From positions 64,411-128,410 of the IMG/VR virus record IMGVR_UViG_3300033463_000032: a stretch of 64,000 bases of DNA; one strand, written 5' to 3'. The notes beneath the pieces were generated by a model. The model saw only the letters and a program-made list of their open reading frames with translations. It did no database searches and had not been told where the DNA came from. Both the position numbers and the translations under genes were made by a program. Positions 9,256 to 19,512 of this stretch are shown piece after piece (the first letter of the stretch is position 1; every line of letters starts with the position of its first letter). The DNA comes from a virus (taxonomy: Duplodnaviria > Caudoviricetes).

Positions 9256-12200
9256 ATGAATAGAGCAACACCAGAAGAATTATTTAATGCTTCACCAAAT
9301 CAAACAGGTAATAACTGGGAAGCCTCTAATATTGGTAATATGGGTTTCCAGTTTGAAGATAAAGCAAATAATATAAATCCATTTTGGAGAATTATTGAAG
9401 ATGGTGGATTTAAGATTTGGTATGATGCTTGGTATTCAACTTTAGACAATATTGGTTTTCATAAGCCTTTTCTTATGACTGCCGTATATCCAGCACAAAC
9501 AGTACAACAAGCATTAAGTAGTTATATTCAATGTAATGCTAGTGGTGGTATGTGGCTTTCTGGTCCTGCTGATTTAAATAAAGATGTACCTGCCGGTTGG
9601 TCTATTGATGGAAATGCTAAATCTACTAGTAGAAGATCCTGGACACAAACATGGAGCAGAAATTATAGTTTTGCTCCATTTATAAAAGTATTGGAGTCAG
9701 GAAACAATCAACCCTTTTCCGCTAATTCTAAGTGGGAAAAGATTGTTTTTTACATTGAAAGACAGGTAACAGATTCATCAAGTAATGTTGGATATGAATG
9801 GCTTAGAACAAGAGGAAATATTAAGCCACAAAACCAGGTAATGTATGTTGATGGGTTTATAGGAAATTCAAGTACGGTAAATACAGTTAAAAACAATAAG
9901 CCGGGATCTTTAAAGACTGGTACTGGTTTCTGTGTTGATTTTGACTGGAATGGTACTGGTCATCCTACACATATCAAACTTGAATTTATAGCAAGTGGTC
10001 AACCTAGTGTTCCAGTTAGGTATCATAGTATTGCTACAAGGACTTATAGCAAAAATTCAATCAGAGTGGATTTTATGAGGGAGTTCTTTGACAGTACTTT
10101 TGTAAGTACCTATTTAAAACCAGATGCTCAATATTCATTAAAGATCACTCCGGTATATAGAATTCAAGATAACTTCGGTACTTGGCATGATTTTACATAT
10201 TCTAATGTGTCTAAGACCATATCTAATTTTGTATCTTATGATCCACAACCTTCTGAAAATGGTTTGCAATGTACCTTAAAATTAAACGGAAATCCTATAA
10301 ATGATTCCACATTTGGCATTGTAAGAGATTATGATCTTACCAGTAAATCTATAACCATTTCTTATAATAACAACACTACTAATGGTACAGCAGACAGATT
10401 TATTGCCAGATTGTATGGTGGGGGACCTACTGTATTCTTCCCAGAAGAAAATTCAGTACATACTATGGGTAGTACTCTTACACTTCCTATGAGTACTATT
10501 TCAGTTCCAGGTGCATCAGCTTTTTATACTTTGGAAATAGAATTCTGGAATTCTAAATATCCTGATCATACAACTACTACCAGAATTTCCAATTTTATAT
10601 CAAGCAGAGTACAACCTATGTTTGCACCTAACAATGTATATTGGAGTAGTGATGCCGGAAATACATGGTCTACTGCTAATGAAATTGTTGGTGTGTATAG
10701 ATCTGATAAGATTAAGTTAAAGTGGGATTTTAATAAAACTACTAATGGTACTTACGGTCTTTCTAATATGATGCAGATTAAATTGGAAGATATAGATGAT
10801 TCTTCTAATTATATTTACATTTGGAGAGGTGCTGCTAATTATTCTAAAAAAGGTACAGATCCTACTAAGCCACATAACATTTCATTAAGACAACCACCTA
10901 CAGAATGTGAATTTACATTAAATGATGTTGGTGCTGATCTTATTGGTAAAAACTTAAAGATAACACTTACACCTTACTTCTGTTACAAATATACTATGAA
11001 CCCTGTTACTACATATGTTTACAGTACAGAAGAAAAGATAATAAGTGATTATGTAAAGTTTGATATGGGATTATCAGATCTTGTAATGATAGCACCTTCA
11101 TCAGAAGATGCTATGTGGTTCTGGAGTGAAGATTCTGATACAGAAAAGTCTTTGTTTAGAATAGCATTTGTTCTGCCGGAAGATCTTAATACTAACTATG
11201 GTATAGATAAAGATACTTATGAGTATTCTTCTTTGAAAATAACTTATATTGGTAAGGATATGGAAGAAGTAGAAAGAACATATTCCATAGGAGATAATTC
11301 TACAGAGTATGTTTCTACTTATATTTGTGTTTCTGGTGATGGTACGTTATCTCATAAAAACTCAGTCATCATAGATCTTACAGATATTCTTAATAGTGAT
11401 TATGATCCGTTAGAACCAATAGAAGATACTTTGGAAGATAATACTACAGACTGCTATTATATTGTTAATGTTTTGGTTACATCTAAGTTTGGTAGTGAAA
11501 AGTTAAACACTTATGTTATCCATCTTAAAGACTTGCCATTACAATTAGCAGATGCTGAAAATGGTATTCCTAGTGGAACTATAATTACTCCGGGAAATAT
11601 GAGTAAATTCTTAGAAACTAGAGATATTGTGGCCACATATACAGATAAATCTGTTTCTAAGAAACCAGTACAAGGTGAACCTATTAAGTATGTAGATCTT
11701 TCTTATATGGTTGATCCTATTAATGCTTTATATAATAAAACCAAGAACTGGAATAATGTAAAGAAGTATGTTATGCCTAGAGCAATAGGTTCAGATGGTA
11801 CACCGGGAATTGATGCACCTTATTATAATGGTACATCAAAAGAATTTACGGATCATATATATGCTATCAGTAATAATTCTACTTCTTTAGCACAACTGGT
11901 TTCTGTACCTGCAGATTATACTGAAAAGTTTAATAAGTATTTTCAACAACCTTTAGGGAAATACAATTATACATTTAGAAGTACAAATGGTAATGTTCCA
12001 GTTGTAGGAGATTCCGGTTTACCATTATATTCAGGAAGTGAATTTAATGTGTCCTGGTCTTACTTCTTGTTGTACTGGTGCTTGCATACTAAGGAAGTTC
12101 TTGCTGATTACTACCTTATGCAAAGTACTCTTATCTATACTAATAGTGATTCTCAAGCTTATGGTGGATGGATTACTATTCCTGATCTGGAACTTAAAAC

Positions 12201-13395
12201 CACATATACCTATGAAATAGATGCTGAATTGAATTCTTCTACACCTAGCAGACTGTGGACTATAGCAGGTGGTTCATATCAATATACACCTGATGACAGA
12301 GGTTATAAGTATAGAGGATTGTTCTTAGTTGTTGACGGAGAAACAGGTAAGTTAAGAATGGAACTTGCAGGACAACAATCTAGTGATGATTGTCCACCAT
12401 TAGATATTGTGGAAGGTAGGCATACTTACACCTTACATGGAAGTGATATAACACCTTCAATGAACCAGGTTTGGACAACTGATACTTATGGTTCAGTAGA
12501 TGACGGATATATCTATGTTGATGATATGGAACTCTATACTGATTATACTTTTGAAATAACCGGAAGTTTTGATAAACATTTCGGTAGATGCTATACAGTC
12601 ATTGGTGGTACAGGTGCTACTAACACAGAAGGTCTGTTTGTCTGTGAAGATGGTAATAACGGTAATTTCCTCAATTTACAGACAGGTATTCAGTATAACA
12701 CAGGAGTAATATCTAATGAGGATATCAGACCTTATATAGATACACTTCATACTTTTGTATTACCTGGTAACGGAACACATACACAAGCAACTAGTGGTGG
12801 TTTCTATATAATGAATGGTAGAGATAGTGTTAATGATGAACCATTTGTTCCTGCTTACACATATATTGCTCCATTTGTTTATGACTGTGGTACAGTTCAA
12901 GAAATAAAGATAAAAGATGCAGATAGTAATGTAGTTGCTGATTTTATCCCGGAAGCTTATGAAGGTGTTTCTGGTGTAAGGGATCTTGTTTCTAATAAAT
13001 TCTATCCTGCTACTAAACCAGATAGGATCTATGTAAGTCAAGAAGAAAGAACATATACCGGATTTATGCTCTTTGCTCCGAAAGACTATTCCTTATCAGA
13101 TGGCAAGATTCTTGGTGCATATAAGATGGTTGATGCTCTTTATGGAAACTACGGAAAGTTCTATAAACTCTCCATCTATGATGAAAACCTTAATCTTTTA
13201 AAAGCATTTGTACCTAAAATGCAAAATGGCAATCTGGGAGTAGTAGATCTGGTAGACAATATCTTCTATCCTTGCAATGATGATGATAAGTTCTATATGT
13301 ATAGAGAAGGTCAAGCACCATTATCATTATTTATGTTAGGAAATCCTAATGAAGAAGATGTTCCAGAAGATGTAGAGGATGAAGAAGAACCGTAA
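9256..13395 (+). CDS. Large tail-associated (probable receptor-binding) protein with nested C-terminal lectin-like domains
   Basis: 1379 aa, beta-rich, last gene of the tail operon; two related C-terminal units ending in F(I/V)P....G..G..DLV...FYP. Confidence 0.55.
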   Translation: MNRATPEELFNASPNQTGNNWEASNIGNMGFQFEDKANNINPFWRIIEDGGFKIWYDAWYSTLDNIGFHKPFLMTAVYPAQTVQQALSSYIQCNASGGMWLSGPADLNKDVPAGWSIDGNAKSTSRRSWTQTWSRNYSFAPFIKVLESGNNQPFSANSKWEKIVFYIERQVTDSSSNVGYEWLRTRGNIKPQNQVMYVDGFIGNSSTVNTVKNNKPGSLKTGTGFCVDFDWNGTGHPTHIKLEFIASGQPSVPVRYHSIATRTYSKNSIRVDFMREFFDSTFVSTYLKPDAQYSLKITPVYRIQDNFGTWHDFTYSNVSKTISNFVSYDPQPSENGLQCTLKLNGNPINDSTFGIVRDYDLTSKSITISYNNNTTNGTADRFIARLYGGGPTVFFPEENSVHTMGSTLTLPMSTISVPGASAFYTLEIEFWNSKYPDHTTTTRISNFISSRVQPMFAPNNVYWSSDAGNTWSTANEIVGVYRSDKIKLKWDFNKTTNGTYGLSNMMQIKLEDIDDSSNYIYIWRGAANYSKKGTDPTKPHNISLRQPPTECEFTLNDVGADLIGKNLKITLTPYFCYKYTMNPVTTYVYSTEEKIISDYVKFDMGLSDLVMIAPSSEDAMWFWSEDSDTEKSLFRIAFVLPEDLNTNYGIDKDTYEYSSLKITYIGKDMEEVERTYSIGDNSTEYVSTYICVSGDGTLSHKNSVIIDLTDILNSDYDPLEPIEDTLEDNTTDCYYIVNVLVTSKFGSEKLNTYVIHLKDLPLQLADAENGIPSGTIITPGNMSKFLETRDIVATYTDKSVSKKPVQGEPIKYVDLSYMVDPINALYNKTKNWNNVKKYVMPRAIGSDGTPGIDAPYYNGTSKEFTDHIYAISNNSTSLAQLVSVPADYTEKFNKYFQQPLGKYNYTFRSTNGNVPVVGDSGLPLYSGSEFNVSWSYFLLYWCLHTKEVLADYYLMQSTLIYTNSDSQAYGGWITIPDLELKTTYTYEIDAELNSSTPSRLWTIAGGSYQYTPDDRGYKYRGLFLVVDGETGKLRMELAGQQSSDDCPPLDIVEGRHTYTLHGSDITPSMNQVWTTDTYGSVDDGYIYVDDMELYTDYTFEITGSFDKHFGRCYTVIGGTGATNTEGLFVCEDGNNGNFLNLQTGIQYNTGVISNEDIRPYIDTLHTFVLPGNGTHTQATSGGFYIMNGRDSVNDEPFVPAYTYIAPFVYDCGTVQEIKIKDADSNVVADFIPEAYEGVSGVRDLVSNKFYPATKPDRIYVSQEERTYTGFMLFAPKDYSLSDGKILGAYKMVDALYGNYGKFYKLSIYDENLNLLKAFVPKMQNGNLGVVDLVDNIFYPCNDDDKFYMYREGQAPLSLFMLGNPNEEDVPEDVEDEEEP

Positions 13396-13435
13396 TACAC
13401 CAAATTACGCACCAGATTTAATTCTAAGACGCAAG

Positions 13436-13470
13436 AAAAGAGGATTAGTGTAAATTCTAATCCTCTTTTT
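13436..13470. terminator. Bidirectional intrinsic terminator between converging gene blocks
   Basis: AAAAGAGGATTAG-tgtaaatt-CTAATCCTCTTTTT inverted repeat flanked by A and T tracts. Confidence 0.9.
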
Positions 13471-13514
13471 CAATGCGCTTAAAACTCATTCTAGACGCCA
13501 AATATGGTAATGTA

Positions 13515-13745
13515 TTATTTTTTGAGAACAACCCAAACAACTTGAGTTCCTTCTACATATCTTGATGATAGGAATAATTCATCATTCTTTATATATCCGG
13601 AAACACATTTTAGGGATTCTGTAGTACCATGGAAGTGTTTTCTGTTTGCTATTCTGATCATTTCTTTTTTAGGTAAGGCCAAGTCTTTAAAGATTACATA
13701 AGCTTTGCGGTTAGCACCTTTATAAATTTCAAGTGTGTCTGTCAT
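13515..13745 (-). CDS. Hypothetical protein
   Basis: ORF with GAAAGGAG RBS. Confidence 0.7.
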   Translation of the reverse strand: MTDTLEIYKGANRKAYVIFKDLALPKKEMIRIANRKHFHGTTESLKCVSGYIKNDELFLSSRYVEGTQVVWVVLKK

Positions 13746-13776
13746 TGATGTGGAAATCTCCTTTCAGCAGTTGGTA

Positions 13777-14154
13777 TTATGAATGAGTTTTAATATAGTT
13801 TTCAACATATTGTTCAAAAATACGGATATATTCATTCTTTTTTCCTTTTGGAAGATCCTTGTGTTTAATATATACATCATGGATATCCAAAACATAAGAA
13901 TTTTCAGAGGTTCGTTTGAAATGGTATAAAATCCTTACCTGTGTACTGGATGGTCCTTTATATTTAAAAGTAAAGAAATTATTTCCCAGTACATCATATT
14001 TGATCACATCATTATTGAAGATCTTTTCAAATGGTGTTCCGGTAGCCTCAATGGTATCAATTAATGTATGAAGTTTTTCCATAGCAGCATCTACCACTTT
14101 TCGTTCTTCCTTAGTAAGATCTTTCTGCCAGTTTTTACACATTTGCTTTACCAC
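13777..14154 (-). CDS. RelE/Gp49-like fold protein (tentative)
   Basis: F.FKY....QVRILYHF....LDIHDVYIKH pattern; has its own class II promoter. Confidence 0.35.
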   Translation of the reverse strand: MVKQMCKNWQKDLTKEERKVVDAAMEKLHTLIDTIEATGTPFEKIFNNDVIKYDVLGNNFFTFKYKGPSSTQVRILYHFKRTSENSYVLDIHDVYIKHKDLPKGKKNEYIRIFEQYVENYIKTHS

Positions 14155-14199
14155 CTTTCTTTTATTTAAAAAGGATCATAAGAAGATAAACTTCTTCCT

Positions 14200-14231
14200 A
14201 TAATCCTAAACACATTTTATGATTTTTAGAT
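14200..14231 (-). promoter_or_regulatory. Class II (middle-type) phage promoter
   Basis: Minus strand ATCTAAA-N10-TGTGTT-TAG-GATTAT. Confidence 0.7.
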
Positions 14232-14411
14232 TTAATCATGTCTATGAAACCATCTTTCTTTTCCCAGAGCTTTCTTATAATCTTTAAGATTTTCACTAAT
14301 AAAAGCACCAATGGATGCTTTAGATTGATCTGTAGGCAATTCTAGGCCTAATTCATAGGCTATGTCTTTAGCATACTCCAGTTGTTTGATTGTTGGTTTA
14401 TTATCTTCCAT
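14232..14411 (-). CDS. 59-aa hypothetical protein, not in ORF track (MEDNKPTIKQLEYAKDIAYELGLELP...)
   Basis: Read by eye; AAGGA RBS; fills the gap between neighbours. Confidence 0.65.
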   Translation of the reverse strand: MEDNKPTIKQLEYAKDIAYELGLELPTDQSKASIGAFISENLKDYKKALGKERWFHRHD

Positions 14412-14440
14412 TAGTCAAGATCCTTATCCTTGTATATGTA

Positions 14441-14677
14441 TTATCTATAGATATCACTTATCTTCATATTTTGAGCTTTTTCAATTCCTTCTATAAACAA
14501 ACGAAGAGGCATATTCTGTGAAGTACCACCGGATATCACAGTCAGAACTTCACAAATTAATTCTCCTTTTCTGTTAAGAATATAAATATCTTTAATTTCA
14601 TGTTCTGCTAACACTCCACAACAATATACAAAAACTTTTGAACCAATTTTTATATTAGGAAAATTTTCACTTACCAT
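14441..14677 (-). CDS. Hypothetical protein
   Basis: ORF co-oriented in operon. Confidence 0.6.
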   Translation of the reverse strand: MVSENFPNIKIGSKVFVYCCGVLAEHEIKDIYILNRKGELICEVLTVISGGTSQNMPLRLFIEGIEKAQNMKISDIYR

Positions 14678-14851
14678 TTATCACTCTTTTTCTCCTTTTC
14701 TGATCAAATATGTGTATTATTCAAAAACTCTCTTGGTTCCCTAGATGGTGTAAAGTTTTGTCACAAGAAAGGCGTTTTACCTTTCTTATTTTATTTTTAT
14801 TAGTATTGTGGTTTTCCTAGAGAACCAGGACAATCTTTGTAAAAAGATCCT

Positions 14852-15154
14852 TTATAAAATATCTGCGTAGTATCTACCATCTTTATTAGAGAACACTACT
14901 TCTGCCGGAAATGGATTAAGTTTCATAACAGCAAATCCTACACAAGTTCTTATCCATTCTTCATAATCATTAGGAATTCTGTATAAGGTAGGACCTTTTG
15001 TATCTTTGATCGTAATTACTGGAATACTGCTACAATTTGTTTCAATTGATCCTACTGAATATACAAATACCTTTACTTCATCCTTTATATTAAGAAAAGG
15101 GATATTATCAACATCATATGGTACTAAAGCACCTGCTTTATTTTTGAAATACAT
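14852..15154 (-). CDS. Hypothetical protein
   Basis: ORF overlapping upstream gene. Confidence 0.6.
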   Translation of the reverse strand: MYFKNKAGALVPYDVDNIPFLNIKDEVKVFVYSVGSIETNCSSIPVITIKDTKGPTLYRIPNDYEEWIRTCVGFAVMKLNPFPAEVVFSNKDGRYYADIL

Positions 15155-15557
15155 GATTTAACCCCCATTCATCTAAAAGAGTATTGAGCTTAACCGCTTG
15201 ATCATAAGTAATATCAGTAAGGCCTAACATTCTATACTTAGTATGTTCAATATAGGTTTTTTGCCTAAGTGCTTCTTGAAACTCCGGTGTAGCAAGTTCA
15301 AGATGAACGGAACTGTTTTCAGAAATAGAAGTACCTTCTGAATTAAAATGATAACCACCTTCTACAGAAATCCATTTCTTCTTAGGAGAGATCCCTTTAA
15401 CTTGCAGTAATCGGTAATGGTAGCCTTCGATTCCTCGTTTTCCATATCCTACATACACATAATCACCTGATTTTAAGTTACTGAACATAATGATGATCCT
15501 CTTTTCTTTAAGTCTTGATCTTACTATATCAATCTTCATGTACCAATTTAGTCTCAC
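15138..15557 (-). CDS. Hypothetical beta-barrel protein (true start probably near 15489, MFSNLKSGD)
   Basis: AAAAGAGGA RBS before the internal ATG. Confidence 0.6.
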   Translation of the reverse strand: MRLNWYMKIDIVRSRLKEKRIIIMFSNLKSGDYVYVGYGKRGIEGYHYRLLQVKGISPKKKWISVEGGYHFNSEGTSISENSSVHLELATPEFQEALRQKTYIEHTKYRMLGLTDITYDQAVKLNTLLDEWGLNHVFQK

Positions 15558-15738
15558 ACTTAGGACAATTCAAATCTTCTGGAACAGGTCTATTAAAAGA
15601 ACAGATTAAAAAGTCATAACCACAGATAGGACATTTTACTATCCATTCATTAGACATTCCAAATCTATGAACCATCCACTTAGGATTTTCTAATTCAATT
15701 TTCATAGATACTTTCTATTCCTTTCTTTGAAGTTTCCT

Positions 15739-15770
15739 ATATTATACAACACAAAACTTGATTTTAATAT
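15739..15770 (-). promoter_or_regulatory. Class II promoter
   Basis: Minus strand TGTGTT-GTA-TAATAT. Confidence 0.6.
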
Positions 15771-16058
15771 TTATTATTTTCTTAAGTGTTGTTCAGAAAC
15801 CTCTCTCTTTCTTTGATTTCTTCCAGATATCCAGAAAATTTATTGAAGATGGTTACTAATATCTTAAGAGTGATTACAGCACAATTAAAAAGAATAAAAC
15901 AGGTAAGATATAGCTTGTTTTGAAATGTGATCTTGATGAAGAAACCTTCCAGTAAGAATGAAAACAAACAGATCAGAAATTCTGCCGTAGTTCCTTTATG
16001 TGTCTTAATGAGTTCTTCAAAGATCTCCGGTTTTGTCATATTCTCACCTGTATTTCTT

Positions 16059-16577
16059 TTAGTTGCACCATCCGGGATATTCATACTTTTCTTTTGCTGC
16101 CGGTAAGCAGTCTGCACAACAACAACCTGCAAATCCTACCTGATGTAAGTTTTTTGGACCAACTCTTCTGCCACATTCCGGACAAACACCATAAGAATCC
16201 ACTATTTTCTTAATGAGTTCCTTAAGATCAATATCCAATGGATAACTACCCAGATTAAAACCATCCCGGATAAAATCATTATAAAAATGTTTGCTAGGAG
16301 CTAAAGCTTCAAAGACTGTCAGTTCCTTTGGATATAGACTGATCATAAAACCTATTTTGTTATCCAGAGTGTCAAAGATCGGATCAGTAATAATAATGTA
16401 AGGTTTTCTGGAAACAAGGCCTGTAAGGAAAAACTTACATCTGGGATCATCTTTAGCCTGTTGAAAAATAGGCTGATTGATAAGATTTTTATCATCCGTA
16501 TGTATGGGTAAAGACTCAATCTTTTTTACCAGTTCTTCATATGTAAGAAAATGGTCATTAAAAAGTTCTGCTTTCAT
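16059..16577 (-). CDS. Zn-finger-containing hypothetical protein
   Basis: CPECG...CCADC; AAGGAG RBS supports the start at 16577. Confidence 0.7.
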   Translation of the reverse strand: MKAELFNDHFLTYEELVKKIESLPIHTDDKNLINQPIFQQAKDDPRCKFFLTGLVSRKPYIIITDPIFDTLDNKIGFMISLYPKELTVFEALAPSKHFYNDFIRDGFNLGSYPLDIDLKELIKKIVDSYGVCPECGRRVGPKNLHQVGFAGCCCADCLPAAKEKYEYPGWCN

Positions 16578-16624
16578 AGTGATATTCTCCTTTTCTGTTT
16601 TATGTTTCCTTGCCTCATTTACAT

Positions 16625-16690
16625 AATAATTATATAGATTATTCATTTTAAACTATACAAAAATCATTGTTTTTATATTAAATTCATTGC
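16625..16690 (-). promoter_or_regulatory. Class I (early-type) promoter
   Basis: ATGAATTTAATATAAAAACAA...TTGTATAG-N18-TATAAT. Confidence 0.6.
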
Positions 16691-16691
16691 T

Positions 16692-16719
16692 AAAAAAGGA
16701 TTCCATTTCTGGAATCCTT
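16692..16719 (-). terminator. Intrinsic terminator
   Basis: AAGGATTCCA-tttc-TGGAATCCTT with U-tract on the minus strand. Confidence 0.8.
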
Positions 16720-16725
16720 CTGGTA

Positions 16726-16917
16726 TTATGCTTTGAGTTTTCCTTCTTTAAATAGATCCATTATTATCCGGTTAGCCATTGCTATGCTACACTTAGGATC
16801 ATAGCCGGTAATGTAAGAAACAAGATCAAATCTGGTAGGAGCTTGATTAGCCATAGCTTTGTAATTTTCAATAAATCTGTTACAAGATTTCCTAATCTGA
16901 TTTTCTTTATTAGTCAT
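16726..16917 (-). CDS. Small monocistronic early-type protein
   Basis: Own promoter, GCAAGTTA leader, AGGAG RBS and terminator. Confidence 0.75.
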   Translation of the reverse strand: MTNKENQIRKSCNRFIENYKAMANQAPTRFDLVSYITGYDPKCSIAMANRIIMDLFKEGKLKA

Positions 16918-16964
16918 ATTGTGTATCTCCTGTTATTGTGTAACTTGCTCACTTTTTCCTATTA

Positions 16965-17030
16965 CATAATAGCAAAGTGGTACATTAATCTATACAATAT
17001 TTATTGTTTTTATATCAAAATCATTATCAA
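16965..17030 (-). promoter_or_regulatory. Class I promoter
   Basis: ATGATTTTGATATAAAAACAA...TTGTATAG-N18-TATTAT. Confidence 0.65.
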
Positions 17031-17267
17031 TTATGAGTGAATTATTATCTGCTCCATCCATAATTCCAGAAGCTTGGTACCAAATGATTTGTCTTTATCC
17101 TTATCCATACATTCACTTTCAGCAAAAAACTTCTGATGATCTTCGGAACATCTTATTACATATTCTCCAAAACCAATCTCTGAGCTCCAACTGATGATGA
17201 TTGTATCTTTTTGTATTTTAACTTCTTCAATAGCAAGGTTTATTTCATTAACATCAAACTTTCTCAT
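17031..17267 (-). CDS. Hypothetical protein
   Basis: ORF; ISWSSEIGFGEY motif. Confidence 0.65.
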   Translation of the reverse strand: MRKFDVNEINLAIEEVKIQKDTIIISWSSEIGFGEYVIRCSEDHQKFFAESECMDKDKDKSFGTKLLELWMEQIIIHS

Positions 17268-17313
17268 AAATTACACCACTATTATAATCCATTTCACAAT
17301 TTCTTCCTTTGCA

Positions 17314-17625
17314 TTAAAATCCAGATTTTTCTGTAAGAATTTCTTTAACAAGATTAGCACATTCTTTTGCACAATACTTACCAAAATCCTTACCAACTGT
17401 TTCAATAACATCATTAGTTTCTTTTACACAATCTTCATAAATTCTTCTGCTAATGTTCTTCATAATAACACCCATATCTCTTGGACCCCAGTTAGAAGGA
17501 ATAAGACCTTCATCAACAAACTTATTAAGCATCTTTTCTACTCTTGGCTTTACAACAACAGTTCTGACTAATGCCAGATTTTCATTTTGTTTTGCTGCAT
17601 CTTCCGGAGAGAATTCTTTCTTTTA
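17314..17625 (-). pseudogene. C-terminal remnant of a phage RNA ligase-family gene (tentative)
   Basis: Open frame KKEFSPED...RVEKMLNKFVDEGLIP..W...DMG.I.K.....YEDCVKE; no RBS/start; upstream catalytic part absent. Confidence 0.45.
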
Positions 17626-19499
17626 AGGCTTGAACTCCTTGTTTACAAGCAGCAACTGCATCTTTATGCATTTTAGATGGTAAAACATCTGGAAGTGCAT
17701 TAAGCCAATGTAAAGCTTCTTCATCTGTCATTTGTTTCACTTCTTCTGTATTAGGAAAATATAGAAGCATATCACCATTCTTTAACCAGATGGTGATTCC
17801 AGATCTTTCTTCTGCAAATGCATGGTCTAATGGTCTATAATCATCAACTTCCAATTCTGGGAATCTTTCTTTAAATAGTTTGAAAATATCTCCATTTGTC
17901 ATTTTTCTAAACTCTCCATCATTCTTTTAAAATGTTCCTTGGTAACAGTCCAATCTGTCATATACTGTAATGTAACATCATTTTCTTCTGCTACACGTTT
18001 GCGAATTCCATAAACCCTACCATTTTCTCTATCAAATTGAGAATATGCTACATTTAGAAAAGAATAATTTCCAACATACCATCTTTCTATAAAAACATCA
18101 GTTTCTCCTTGATGCAGTCTTATATATCTTTCAGGTGGTGCAATATCCTCAATGGTGGTTGTAACTTCTTCTTCAAAACAATCCCAGTAATATTCCATTG
18201 TTTATTGTCTCCAATATTCTTTACCAGAAGCAAGTGCTGCAAAGATCCGGGCATCTTGTTCTTCTTTCTGTTTCTGATCCATATACTTTAATGCCTCGAT
18301 ACCTTTATTAAGTGCTTCATAAACCTCATTCTTATATTCCGGATCATGAAGTGGACCAGTTGTATCTTTCTTCATTTCTGTTATTAATGACTTTATCCAA
18401 TCTATTGCTTCTTTATTTGTCATTCTTTGTCACCTCACATACTGCCATCTTCTGAATTATAAAATAGCAATCCCATAAGGAATCCATATATTCTTTCTAC
18501 ACGTTCTTTATTCGGTTCTTTTACTCCAAGTCTTTTAAATTCTTCTTCAATAACTTTTTTAAAATATTCTTCATTATCCATTGTCTTTATCACTCCCGCA
18601 AGAACTTACATTCCAGAACATATTCCTAGTGACTTTATATCCATCTTAGATTTACAGTTTGGACAAACTTTTAATTTTTCTGCACTACGACCACCACACA
18701 ACGAACATTTATACATGCCATGAGGACAATCTGGAGTGGCAGTATTTATACTAAAAACCCATGTAGGTTTTTCAGTCTTTGAAGATCCTTCATCTTTTAG
18801 ATACTCCAGTATTTTTTCCAAGGTTGCTATAATTGATGCTTTATTGTATAAATCAGCAGAACCTTCTATTTCATCTGAGATATCCTGTAATTGAATTAAA
18901 AATTTTGATGGATTTCTTCGATATATTCCTGCAATCTCATATAGAAATTCTGCTTGTTCCTTTTCTGTCATGTTCCGCAGTTCATACGCCAATTCTTCAG
19001 GATCAACTTTAAATTCAATTTCAAGATTCTTTTTCATTCTTAGTTATCTCCTTAGACTTCCTTACTGACTGTAGTTTATTTCCATCATGCTCACAATATT
19101 CACAATCAATACCATACCTATCTCCACAGATAGGACAGAACTTAGAATGGTTTTTCTCAAAGTAATATTCTGCGACCATACCTATGAAAAAACTCACAAT
19201 AATCGCAATCATAATAATAGACGTAAACAACTCAAATGAAATGCTAATATTTTTTTCTTTATCCATTTTAGTTTTCCTTATCTTCCCAAATGGTAATTCC
19301 CGGACATGTCTACATAAACATTCCACCAGTTTCCAGGAAGATCTTCTGATCCATCAAGTACTTCATATCCGGTATGGTGACATAATTCTTCATTACCATA
19401 TTGTGAAGTAATAAAAGTCTTATCTGGCTGCATAGTGCATTGTCTTACGTTTCCTTTACCAAATATTCTTTCTAATCGATCTAATTGAGTATTAATCAT
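17582..19499 (-). CDS. Cluster of small hypothetical ORFs (17582-17902, 17899-18198, 18202-18423, 18606-19037, 19021-~19266, 19278-19499)
   Basis: Tightly packed co-oriented ORFs with RBS; EAI..K/KGIEAL and Zn-ribbon modules. Confidence 0.65.
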
Positions 19500-19512
19500 A
19501 AATTTACTCCTT

